Shown: positions 27,372 through 35,789 of the stretch, piece by piece
Layout of the letters: each line of letters opens with the position of its first letter
How positions within the stretch are numbered: position 1 is the first letter of the stretch
Assembly: GCA_964524845.1 (NCBI GenBank)
Contig: CAZGFX010000002.1
Span: 157,422-221,421, forward strand
Source of the DNA: an uncultured Gammaproteobacteria bacterium
Lineage (GTDB): Bacteria; Patescibacteriota; Patescibacteriia; CAZGFX01
DNA length: 64,000 bases
Direction: 5' to 3'
Position numbers and translations under genes: made by a program
The notes under the pieces: model-generated
Databases searched by the model: none
What the model was told of the DNA's origin: nothing
What the model saw: only the letters and a program-made list of their open reading frames with translations

Positions 27372-28853
27372 TCAAGCTAATTTTGGGAACAAAATATCTC
27401 CTGTTTCTAATGTGTTTCCTGTAAACAGTTTTTTAATCTTAATAGCAGAATCGGGAACAACTGGTTCTATATATTTAGTAATGATCTCGAGAGTATAAAC
27501 CAAATTACTTAATACCTGATCGAGTTTTTCAGTATCGTTTTTCTTCGCCAATTCCCACGGTTTTTCCATTTCAATATACTTATTTGCTTCCTCAACCATG
27601 TTCCATACCTCATCTATGTATTCTCGAATAACAAAGCGATCGAGTTTCGCATTAAGCGAAGTAATTAGTTCTTGTTCATTTTTTGCACCAATTAAAACAA
27701 TCTTACCTTCCGTATACTTTTTCGGAAGTGCTTCCGGATAGTATTTTTGAACCATAACCGTAATGCGCGAAACCAAATTACCAAGCTTGTTCGCAAGTTC
27801 GTTGTATCTGTAATCCATTCTATCATAAGAAAAATCACCATCTTGAAATTCTGGTATCTCACGAAGAAAGAAATATCTTGTGGCATCAGATCCATACTTT
27901 TTCACAACCTCTCTTGGATCAATAACATTTCCTATGCTTTTCGACATTTTTTCTCCATTAATTGTAACGTAATCGTGTACAAAAATCGTATTAGGAAGGG
28001 GGACTCCTGCCGACAAAAGCATTGCTGGCCAATATACTGCATGAAAACGAATAATTCCTTTTCCAATGACATGGGTCTTCTCTCCTTCTCCACACCAGAA
28101 TTTTTTATATTGGTCACTATCATCAGCAAATCCAAGTGCGTTGATATAATTTGACAGAGCATCATACCATACATACATGACATGATTTGGATCATCTGGA
28201 ACTTGTATGCCCCACCCATGAGCGCGTTTCATTGAACGAGATATCGAAAAATCTTCAAGACCACTACGCACGAAACTAAGTACTTCGTTCTTTCTATGAT
28301 CAGGAACTATACGAATAATATCTCTTGAAATAAGATCGTCTAATTGTTGCTGATATTTAGATAATCTGAAAAAATAATTTTCTTCTTCTACTTCTTCTGG
28401 AGCAATCTTGTGATCTGGACACTTCCCATCGATAAGATCTGATTCTTTATAAAACTGTTCGCACTCAACACAATAAAGTCCTTTGTATGTTTTTTTGTAT
28501 ATATCTTCCTTTTTTGTCATGGACCAAAGTTTTTGAGCACCAAGAACATGTCTCTCATCTCTTGTTCTTATAAAATCAGACAGCTCTATATTTAAAACTT
28601 CGCACGTGTCTCTAAAATATTTTGCATTTATAGCAACATATTCTTCAACCGGTATCTGTGCCCTCTCGGCCGCAAGTACATTCTTTAAAGAGTTATCATC
28701 TGTACCTGACAAAAAAAACACATCCGCGCCTCGTAAACGCCAGCATCTAGAAAAAAAATCAGCCTCGACAAACTCCAGAGCGTGTCCTACATGAGGCAAA
28801 CTATTAACATAAGGAATAGCCGTACTTATAAAAATTGGTTTTTTGTAATCCAT
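27372..28853 (-). CDS. metG: methionyl-tRNA synthetase (short form, no C-terminal EMAP domain)
   Basis: PYVNSLPHVGHALEFV (HIGH-type), KMSKSIGN, and Zn knuckles CVECEQF...CPDH. Confidence 0.92.
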   Translation of the reverse strand: MDYKKPIFISTAIPYVNSLPHVGHALEFVEADFFSRCWRLRGADVFFLSGTDDNSLKNVLAAERAQIPVEEYVAINAKYFRDTCEVLNIELSDFIRTRDERHVLGAQKLWSMTKKEDIYKKTYKGLYCVECEQFYKESDLIDGKCPDHKIAPEEVEEENYFFRLSKYQQQLDDLISRDIIRIVPDHRKNEVLSFVRSGLEDFSISRSMKRAHGWGIQVPDDPNHVMYVWYDALSNYINALGFADDSDQYKKFWCGEGEKTHVIGKGIIRFHAVYWPAMLLSAGVPLPNTIFVHDYVTINGEKMSKSIGNVIDPREVVKKYGSDATRYFFLREIPEFQDGDFSYDRMDYRYNELANKLGNLVSRITVMVQKYYPEALPKKYTEGKIVLIGAKNEQELITSLNAKLDRFVIREYIDEVWNMVEEANKYIEMEKPWELAKKNDTEKLDQVLSNLVYTLEIITKYIEPVVPDSAIKIKKLFTGNTLETGDILFPKLA

Positions 28854-28906
28854 AAATTACTTCACTGATATATACTACTAGTATTAAATAAAAAAATCCA
28901 TCATAT

Positions 28907-29599
28907 TTATCTTCCAATAACAATAACATACTCTCCTTTAATCGGATCGTCATAAACCTGTTTTCGAACACCTCCAACAGATCCTCTGTATATATTTTCA
29001 AACTTTTTCGTAAGTTCTCTTCCAACAACAATATAAGAATTTGTTCCTTTTGTTTCCATCAAAATCTTCTCATACTCATCAAGAAGTTTCGTGATTCGGT
29101 GACATGATTCAAAAAAAACAATCGGAACATGAGCTACCGCGACCTCTTTCAAAAACGTCTGTCGTCCTTTCTTATGAGGAATAAATCCTTTAAAAACGAA
29201 CTCCTGCACATTCATCCCGGCAACCGATAAAAGAGCTGTAAGCGCTGACGGGCCCGGAATCGGAACAATTGAAATTGACTTGGCATGATCCGCAATATAT
29301 CTTACAAACATACCACCCGGATCAGATATATTTGGAGTGCCCGCATCAGTTATAAGTATTGCGTTTCCGACAGTTTCAATTTCTTTAACAAATTTCTCAA
29401 ATTTATTAACGTCAGTATGGTGATGAAGTGAAACAAATTTCTTGTTTTTTGTATCAATAGTAAGTAAATTAAAAAGTTTTTTACTTATTCTCGTATCCTC
29501 CGCGAACACAATTTTTGCATCTTTCAAAACAGAAAGCGCACGAAGTGTAATATCATCTAGATTTCCTATTGGTGTTGCAACAACATACAAAATACCCAT
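28907..29599 (-). CDS. rsmI: 16S rRNA (cytidine1402-2'-O)-methyltransferase
   Basis: MGILYVVATPIGNLDDITLRALSVLKDAKIVFAEDTR tetrapyrrole-methylase-fold RsmI N-terminus. Confidence 0.85.
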   Translation of the reverse strand: MGILYVVATPIGNLDDITLRALSVLKDAKIVFAEDTRISKKLFNLLTIDTKNKKFVSLHHHTDVNKFEKFVKEIETVGNAILITDAGTPNISDPGGMFVRYIADHAKSISIVPIPGPSALTALLSVAGMNVQEFVFKGFIPHKKGRQTFLKEVAVAHVPIVFFESCHRITKLLDEYEKILMETKGTNSYIVVGRELTKKFENIYRGSVGGVRKQVYDDPIKGEYVIVIGR

Positions 29600-29637
29600 G
29601 ATTTTTGTATTAGATGACGACTAAATAATTATCCTTG

Positions 29638-31041
29638 TTAAAAACCCAACTTATTTTTTAGATATTCTGGAATTTCCTTTATAGCGATACGCTCTTGTGC
29701 CATCGTATCACGATCTCTTATGGTTACAGCGGAATCTGTAAGTGAATCAAAGTCAAATGTTATACAATATGGCGTTCCGATTTCATCTTGTCTGCGATAT
29801 CTCTTTCCAATGCTTCCTGTTTCATCGTACGCCGATGAATATGTTTTTTGGAGCGACATGAAAAGATCATACGCAGGTCCAGAAAGCTCTTCTTTTTTTG
29901 AAAGAGGAAGTACCGCCACCTTATACGGAGCAATTCTAGGATGAAATCGAAGAACAACTTCAACTTCTTTCACCGCTTCAGTAGTTGTACTTCTACCTCC
30001 TTCTATTTCTGTATAAGCATCACATAAAAACGCCAACATCGCTCTATCAGCACCGGCAGATGTTTCTACAATCCACGGAGTAAAACGCTCTCCGGTTGTT
30101 TGCTCAAAATATTGCAAGTCCTTACCTGAAAACTTCATGTGTTGAGAAAGATCCCAATCACCTCTATTATGAATACCTTCAAGCTCTTTCCATCCTATTG
30201 GAAAATAAAACTCTATATCATGTGCGGCACGCGCGTAATGAGCCAACTCATGTTCTCCATGCGCTCTATATCGCAAATGATCTGGATTAATACCATGATC
30301 GATATACCACTGACGACGAATCTCTTTCCACTCCCCGAAATATCTATCCGCCTCATCAGGACGAACGAAATATTGTTGTTCCATTTGTTCAAACTCTCTC
30401 GTACGAAATATGAAATTACCCGGAGTAATCTCGTTTCTAAACGCCTTACCAACCTGTGCGATTCCAAAAGGAATTTTCATGCGCGAGCTTTCTCTTACAT
30501 TTTCATAGTTTACATAAATACCCTGAGCCGTCTCCGGACGAAGATACACATTCGATGTATCTGTTTCAACGGCTCCCATTTGGGTTTTGAACATAAGATT
30601 AAACTGACGAACTTCAGAAAGCTCTCCTCCGCAATCAGGACACACTATCTCGCTCGCCATTCGAACTCCTGGTGTAAAATTTGGCTTAAGTCCCTTCGCT
30701 TCTAGCAAGTGATCGGCGCGCCATCTTTTTTTGCACTCTTTACAATCAACTAATGGATCATGAAATCCATCAATATGTCCGGATGCCTTCCATATCATCG
30801 GATGCATAAATATAGAAGAATCAAGAGGAACAACATCGTCACGAAGTTGTGTCATAGATCTCATCCACGCTTGTTTAATATTGTTTTTCATTAGTGTTCC
30901 AAGCGGACCATAATCATAACAAGAATTAAGACCACCATATATTTCTGATGATTGAAATATAAAGCCACGGCGCTTCGCGAGACTTACTATCTTGTCCATC
31001 GTCATATTTGGCTTTTCGTCTTCTATTTTATTTTCTTTCAT
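29638..31041 (-). CDS. glyQS: glycyl-tRNA synthetase, alpha2 (eukaryote/archaeal-like) type
   Basis: 467 aa; class II motifs, characteristic GlyRS insertion and C-terminal anticodon-binding domain ([14 protein letters not shown]..., [13 protein letters not shown]). Confidence 0.9.
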   Translation of the reverse strand: MKENKIEDEKPNMTMDKIVSLAKRRGFIFQSSEIYGGLNSCYDYGPLGTLMKNNIKQAWMRSMTQLRDDVVPLDSSIFMHPMIWKASGHIDGFHDPLVDCKECKKRWRADHLLEAKGLKPNFTPGVRMASEIVCPDCGGELSEVRQFNLMFKTQMGAVETDTSNVYLRPETAQGIYVNYENVRESSRMKIPFGIAQVGKAFRNEITPGNFIFRTREFEQMEQQYFVRPDEADRYFGEWKEIRRQWYIDHGINPDHLRYRAHGEHELAHYARAAHDIEFYFPIGWKELEGIHNRGDWDLSQHMKFSGKDLQYFEQTTGERFTPWIVETSAGADRAMLAFLCDAYTEIEGGRSTTTEAVKEVEVVLRFHPRIAPYKVAVLPLSKKEELSGPAYDLFMSLQKTYSSAYDETGSIGKRYRRQDEIGTPYCITFDFDSLTDSAVTIRDRDTMAQERIAIKEIPEYLKNKLGF

Positions 31042-31230
31042 ATTAAAATATATTACTTATTCACGTACTGGATTATGGCTTATTTTACAATAAAAGTGAA
31101 GTCCTGATTCTTTTTTTTCCATATATTTATACACTTTAAATTAATATGAAAAACAAAACAATCAAAAAAAGCGAATAAAAGCCAAAAAGATGAGGATTTT
31201 TAAGTTTTCCACACATAATAAACAATAGAC

Positions 31231-31259
31231 TTGACTTTTTAGGAAGGATGATGTATGCT
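31231..31259 (+). promoter_or_regulatory. near-consensus sigma70-type promoter TTGACT-17-TATGCT
   Basis: TTGACT at 31231-31236, exact 17-nt spacer, TATGCT at 31254-31259; predicted TSS about 31266. No protein gene lies downstream on this strand. Confidence 0.5.
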
Positions 31260-31341
31260 GTTAACACTTGCTTAATGCGAGATTAAATAACTGAAACAAG
31301 AACAATTAGAAATCCGTTGTAAACGGAGAAGGAGCACGCAA

Positions 31342-31398
31342 ATGGCAAGAGCATCCCCGCTCAATAAAATGAGCAGAACGTCCTTTGAAGAGAAGTAA
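31342..31398 (+). CDS. micro-ORF MARASPLNKMSRTSFEEK (18 aa) with GAAGGAG SD, 7-nt spacer
   Basis: gaGAAGGAGcacgcaaATG; codons verified to TAA at 31396-31398. Confidence 0.25.
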   Translation: MARASPLNKMSRTSFEEK

Positions 31399-31823
31399 CC
31401 CGGCCCGCGACCGCACGCCAGCCATAACCCGAAAAACTCGGTCGGCTGTCTGAGCAGCGGTCAAATCGGGAACGCGCCCGCAATCCAATTTGTATAATGA
31501 AAAAATTGGGCGCACTCCCGGCTCGAAAAAAAATCCGCAAAACAATGATCGCGGAACAAAAAGTCCGGAAAAACTCCGGCACGATGAAAAACAACAAGAA
31601 AAACGGGGATTCAGAAATGAAATTAGATCACGGCTAGATTTAGGGGCAAAAGAAAAGCCCCGAAAAAAGCTTCGAAAAGAGGCATAAACCGGAGATTATT
31701 TTAAAAAAACAACACAAACCTCTCCGGGAAAAAAATCCGGCAAACCGGCAATCATATGCGGCACCAAAAACCATGGAGGCTACAGTGAAAATGAGATACG
31801 GTTGAATGCAATAAATTACATAT

Positions 31824-31862
31824 AAGTCCTTGTTATAATGACAAGGACTTTTCCGTTTTTTT
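31824..31862 (+). terminator. strong intrinsic terminator (AAGTCCTTGT-tataatg-ACAAGGACTT plus TTCCGTTTTTTT)
   Basis: 10-bp perfect stem at 31824-31850, U-rich tail 31851-31862. Confidence 0.8.
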
Positions 31863-31982
31863 AATAACAAACATTGATATTTTTATATTTTTATATACAA
31901 TTAACACAGCCTGCTTGACAGGTACAAATAACCTAAATAACCGAACAAGAGCAGTCTTTGATGACTGTAAGGAGCGTGTATC

Positions 31983-32033
31983 ATGGTTAAGATCAGAGGT
32001 CAGACGTCTTATCTTAAGATGTCGAAAGCGTGA
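31983..32033 (+). CDS. micro-ORF MVKIRGQTSYLKMSKA (16 aa), TAAGGAG SD, 8-nt spacer
   Basis: gtAAGGAGcgtgtatcATG; stop TGA at 32031-32033. Confidence 0.25.
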   Translation: MVKIRGQTSYLKMSKA

Positions 32034-32122
32034 AAGCGAAAAGAAAAAGGCCGCTGTTTCTCCTCGTTTATCAGCATGATTTTGCTGAAACCACGGAAAA
32101 AAAACATGGAAGGAGGTTCATT

Positions 32123-32170
32123 ATGAACCGCATCCGTGCCCAAAACAACCTGCATCAAAAAATGATGTAA
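32123..32170 (+). CDS. micro-ORF MNRIRAQNNLHQKMM (15 aa), GGAAGGAGGT SD, 5-nt spacer
   Basis: catgGAAGGAGGttcattATG; stop TAA at 32168-32170. N-terminus M-x-[KR]-I-R-[GA]-Q is shared with the previous micro-ORF. Confidence 0.25.
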   Translation: MNRIRAQNNLHQKMM

Positions 32171-32293
32171 GCGCCAAAAAAGCAAGGTCTCACCCAAGAA
32201 GTACTGGTCACTCCATTTATCGCAACAAATTAAGCGCGGTATAGAAGCGTGCCAAGAAAAACTTGGAAATAAAAACATGAAAGGAGTTTCAAA

Positions 32294-32314
32294 ATGAAAC
32301 GAAATTATGGCTAA
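32294..32314 (+). CDS. micro-ORF MKRNYG (6 aa), AAAGGAG SD, 7-nt spacer
   Basis: catgAAAGGAGtttcaaaATG; the upstream context aaaaacatgRAAGGAG repeats that of the previous micro-ORF. Confidence 0.15.
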   Translation: MKRNYG

Positions 32315-32380
32315 CCCTTCTCACAAAGACAAAAGGTTTTGTCAAAACTCGAGAGCGAGAACGATATAATAATTATAAGA

Positions 32381-32411
32381 CCCCACCCGAAGAGGTGGGG
32401 CATTTTTTATT
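32381..32411 (+). terminator. intrinsic terminator (CCCCACC-cgaaga-GGTGGGG plus CATTTTTTATT)
   Basis: 7-bp all-GC stem at 32381-32400 with U-tract. Confidence 0.75.
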
Positions 32412-32565
32412 GAAAAATAAACAATATTAAAAAATAATTTAAAATAGCATTTTTAAATCGATAAATATTGCACCAAACCCATATTGACAAATACATCATC
32501 AAGTCGAAACAAATTAACAATACTCACACAAACATAAATATTATTCATTCGTTTCTCATTTCAAT

Positions 32566-32592
32566 AAAAAATGCCCCGGTTTTTAACCGAGG
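32566..32592 (-). terminator. terminator downstream of the subtilisin gene
   Basis: Minus strand GCCTCGGTT-aaaa-AACCGGGGC (8/9 bp) followed by ATTTTTTATT. Confidence 0.5.
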
Positions 32593-32611
32593 CAATAATA
32601 GTCTACGCATT

Positions 32612-34096
32612 TCATTTTACGATTGTGAGTTTTTTTGAGACAGGTTTCATGTGTTCAGACTGAAGTCTATATATATATATTCCTGAACTGACCGCATGAC
32701 CATCATCGTTTCTACCATCCCATGTGATGAAGTGTCTTCCCGGATACTGATATGCATCAAAAAAAGTTCTGACCTTCTGTCCGAGTGTATTATATAGAAT
32801 TACAGTGGTACGACCAGGTCGACTGATTACATACTCGATCGTAGTTGATACATTGAACGGATTAGGATAGTTCTGATTGAGTTCCACAGATGGTTTTTGA
32901 AATGATCCCCTCTCTGGAAATATCGCTTCAAAAATTTTTGGCAATGACACAGCATTCTGGCTACCACCATCTTTATCAAGCGCAATGTTTCCGTTTTCTC
33001 TTATAATGTTTTTTATATCAATATTCTTTCCTGTCATAATCATAAGAGCAACGATTCCTGCAACTTGCGGGGCGGCATAACTCGTACCATCAACCCTGTG
33101 ATATCTAGAACCACACCATGTGGTCAGTACCTTGTTTCCAGGAGCAAACGCATCAACACTACCGAAATTAGACCAGTAAGAAACAGTTCCTACGGAATCG
33201 AGACTTCCTACTGATATGACGGATTTGTATCCGTTCGTTGAAATACGACCAAAATTCGTATAATGAGCTGGAAATACGGACATGTTCCATCCTTCGTTTC
33301 CGGAAGAGCACACGAAATAAATCTGAATTCCTGCAGAATCCGCTTTTTGTTCAGCGGTACGAATTAATTCTTCCCACGCCATAAGATCAAATTTTAAACC
33401 AAGACTCCAATTGATAACAAGATTTTTCTTGTTTTGAACAGCCCACAGAATTCGATCGTTTGCGGCAATAAGGATTGTACTTACATATCCATATCCATTG
33501 TCTTCGAGCACTCGCACCGCATACACATCTCCACAAGAAATACCGAATACTCCTTTTTTATTGTTCGCAGTAGCGCCGACAATGCCGGCTATTTCCGTAC
33601 CATGAACAAAAACCTCTTTCGGAACATACTCCATGGAATCTCCGTGTAGAACAGTATAGTTTTTCCCAAGTTTTATATTCTGAAGATCTTGATGTTCAAT
33701 TACCCACTTATCAGATCGTCGAACAAGTTCAATTCCGGAGTCATGAATATCAATCACAGTGTTTGACGGATCCAAAAGGTCGCCGTACTTTTGAAATACT
33801 GAAAAGAGTTCCATGTATTCAATAGCCCAGCTTCGCAATGGATCATTCGGATCAAACCGATATTGAGTTTTGTTTGACCCATATGCGGTCACCAAAGCAT
33901 CTTCTTCAATAACCTCAACTGAAGTGGTTTTTAAAAAAGATTTTGTCTCAACCTTGTACCAACTTCCAAACACATGCACCGCATTATTTGGAATATCTTT
34001 TTCGTTTTTCATCTTTATCAGATATCCTTGAGAATATCCTGAAAAAGAAATCAAAAAAGAAAAAGCAATCGTAATAATTACTTGAAATGTTCTCAT
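32612..34096 (-). CDS. secreted subtilisin-like (S8) serine protease with type IX secretion system C-terminal sorting domain
   Basis: Signal peptide; HGTEIAGIVGA (His box), GTSYAAPQVAGIVALM (Ser box); C-terminal 85 aa LNQNYPNPFNVSTTIEYVISRPGRTTVILYNTLGQKVRTFFDAY...ITWDGRNDDGHAVSSGIYIYRLQSEHMKPVSKKLTIVK is the Por_Secre_tail/T9SS type-A CTD pattern (NYPNPFN...G-Y-Y-L...KK-L-K). Confidence 0.85.
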   Translation of the reverse strand: MRTFQVIITIAFSFLISFSGYSQGYLIKMKNEKDIPNNAVHVFGSWYKVETKSFLKTTSVEVIEEDALVTAYGSNKTQYRFDPNDPLRSWAIEYMELFSVFQKYGDLLDPSNTVIDIHDSGIELVRRSDKWVIEHQDLQNIKLGKNYTVLHGDSMEYVPKEVFVHGTEIAGIVGATANNKKGVFGISCGDVYAVRVLEDNGYGYVSTILIAANDRILWAVQNKKNLVINWSLGLKFDLMAWEELIRTAEQKADSAGIQIYFVCSSGNEGWNMSVFPAHYTNFGRISTNGYKSVISVGSLDSVGTVSYWSNFGSVDAFAPGNKVLTTWCGSRYHRVDGTSYAAPQVAGIVALMIMTGKNIDIKNIIRENGNIALDKDGGSQNAVSLPKIFEAIFPERGSFQKPSVELNQNYPNPFNVSTTIEYVISRPGRTTVILYNTLGQKVRTFFDAYQYPGRHFITWDGRNDDGHAVSSGIYIYRLQSEHMKPVSKKLTIVK

Positions 34097-34285
34097 TTTT
34101 TCCTCCTTTTTTTCAGTCAGATTCGTCTATTTTCTTTTTAGAGAAAATGGCTCTTGGCTGAATTTTTTAATATTTTGTTTATTAATTCTATATTAACACA
34201 CAAATATCAAAATGTCAAACAAAATTGCTTGAATTCTACCATGAAATACAGTATAGGAGTTCTAAAAAAAACCATTTTAAAAACC

Positions 34286-35449
34286 TTATAATATACCGCT
34301 TTTAATACCGTTTCGTATTTGTTCCATTAATTTCAAATAAAACTCAATATTATTAAGTGTTGCGAGAGTAAGTGCCAACGGATCTCCGATTTTAAATAAG
34401 TGATGCAAATATGCTTTCGAGTATTTTTTCAACAAATTAACGTTTGATGTCTTCGAAATAGGAGAAAAATCTTGTGAAAATTTTTCGTTCGTTATTGTTT
34501 CTTCAATATAAAAATCTCTAGACAAGAATGAGTCCACTGCTTCAACAAATGAGTATAGTCTCGCATGGCGCGCCTCTCTACTTGGTATTACACAATCAAA
34601 CATGTCGACACCGCGCCTGACCGCCTCTACAATATTTTCTGGTTTTCCAACGCCCATAAGATATCTAGGTTTGTTTTTCGGCAACAAAGGACACACAACA
34701 TCAAGCATCTCATACATCTCTTCATGTGTCTCCCCAACGGCGAGTCCACCGATCGCAAATCCATCAAAATCAATCGCTGTTAATTCTTTCGCTGATCGTG
34801 CACGCAAATCTTCATATATCGATCCTTGCACTATAGCGAACAACTTTTGATCGTGCTTATATAATTTATTTGTGTTTTTATAATGAGCATATGATCTCTC
34901 TGCCCACTGTGTGGTCCTATCAACTGCGCTCTGCGCTATTTCATATGATGCTGGATTTTCAACACATTCATCAAGCACCATCATAATATCGCTTCCAATT
35001 ACTCGTTGAATATCAACGACTTTTTCCGGAGTAAACTTATGTGCGCTCCCGTCATATACGGATTGAAACTCGACTCCATCGGCGGTCAGGCGCGGTTTTT
35101 TTATTTTTGATAAAGATTCTGCTTGTTCATCACCAATCTGTTGTCTTCTTCCAAGCGAAAACGCTTGAAATCCTCCGCTGTCGGTAAGTATTGGGCCTGT
35201 CCACCTCATAAACGAGTGAAGTCCTCCTGCTTTTTGTAATATATCAAGCCCTGGTTTCAAATATAAATGATAAGTGTTTGAGAGTAAAATATTTGAATTT
35301 AGAGACGCAAAACGTTCAATATCAACAGATTTAATAACGCCTTTTGTCGCTATTGGCATGAAAAAAGGTGTTTCAATATCGCCATGATCAGTATGAAGCA
35401 AACCAAGACGTCCCGAATTATTTTTTGATGTCTGTTTTAATGTAAACAT
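34286..35449 (-). CDS. tgt: queuine tRNA-ribosyltransferase
   Basis: LLHTDHGDIETPFFMPIATKG...SGGFQ...Zn site CVCPLL..., about 387 aa. Confidence 0.9.
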   Translation of the reverse strand: MFTLKQTSKNNSGRLGLLHTDHGDIETPFFMPIATKGVIKSVDIERFASLNSNILLSNTYHLYLKPGLDILQKAGGLHSFMRWTGPILTDSGGFQAFSLGRRQQIGDEQAESLSKIKKPRLTADGVEFQSVYDGSAHKFTPEKVVDIQRVIGSDIMMVLDECVENPASYEIAQSAVDRTTQWAERSYAHYKNTNKLYKHDQKLFAIVQGSIYEDLRARSAKELTAIDFDGFAIGGLAVGETHEEMYEMLDVVCPLLPKNKPRYLMGVGKPENIVEAVRRGVDMFDCVIPSREARHARLYSFVEAVDSFLSRDFYIEETITNEKFSQDFSPISKTSNVNLLKKYSKAYLHHLFKIGDPLALTLATLNNIEFYLKLMEQIRNGIKSGIL

Positions 35450-35502
35450 GCTTTATATATAACAAAAAAACATAATCTCTGCAAACATTTTTATAAAAAA
35501 AC

Positions 35503-35530
35503 TCCTCGAACTTACGCTCGAGGTGACAAT
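35503..35530 (-). terminator. hairpin CCTCGA-acttacgc-TCGAGG with minus-strand U7 tail
   Basis: Minus-strand sequence after the hairpin is GAGTTTTTTTATAAAAATG. About 260 nt downstream of the 680-aa gene and overlapping the tgt 5' region, so attribution is unclear. Confidence 0.35.
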
Positions 35531-35573
35531 GTTCAGTCAAATTTACAATATTAGCCAAGTTGGCAATCCGTTC

Positions 35574-35754
35574 ACCCTGTGAAATAAGATTTGAGCCTTC
35601 TTTTAATAAACATCTTACCATAAAAAGTCTTTAAATACTTTTCTCTTCGTGTGGCATCCTGTTGATTAAGACAAGCCTCAAAATAAATAAGTTTTAAAGG
35701 TCTTCTCTTTTTTGTTGATGATATTAACCCTTTATTATGTCGCTCAAATCTTAT
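35574..35754. repeat. 23-bp perfect inverted repeat (ACCCTGTGAAATAAGATTTGAGC / GCTCAAATCTTATTTCACAGGGT) enclosing 135 nt; MITE-like or long-stem RNA element
   Basis: Arms at 35574-35596 and 35732-35754 are exact reverse complements (checked base by base); AATCCG occurs just outside both arms. Confidence 0.6.
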
Positions 35755-35789
35755 TTCACAGGGTAAATCCGCAATTCGTAATTATATTA

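Larger units (their letters stand above)
31266..31862 (+). ncRNA. candidate about 600-nt GC-enriched transcript of unknown family (promoter to terminator); contains one SD-preceded 18-codon micro-ORF
   Basis: Bounded by the promoter above and a 10-bp-stem terminator; 31290-31800 is about 48% GC in a roughly 34% GC genome; multiple local GC hairpins (TCCGTT-gta-AACGGA at 31312-31326; GACCGC/GCGGTC 31409-31462; CCGG-containing modules separated by A5-8 runs). No tRNA, tmRNA, RNase P, SRP or 6S signature found by eye. Confidence 0.3.

Noticed and set aside
31490-31687. 65-aa plus-strand ORF (MYNEKIGRTPGSKKNPQNNDRGTK...) inside the GC-rich island
   Set aside because: Begins with TTG, has no SD, and its extreme Lys/Arg/Glu low complexity is what the A-run/CCGG modular DNA gives in that frame. 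More likely non-coding.
31266-31862. Known housekeeping RNA (RNase P RNA, tmRNA, SRP/4.5S, 6S) as the identity of the 600-nt transcript
   Set aside because: Only a chance 9-mer AAAGUCCGG resembling the RNase P P4 5' strand. No P4 partner, no GGUGAAA/AGGGUG core, no tRNA-like acceptor or T-arm, no tag-peptide frame, no SRP domain-IV GGAAGCAGC.
31913-31941. Second promoter TTGACA ... TAACCG/TAAATA upstream of the micro-ORF block
   Set aside because: The -35 is perfect but no -10 lies at 16-18-nt spacing (TAACCG at 17 nt is poor; TAAATA at 13 nt is too close). Left as a possibility in the finding, not called as a feature.
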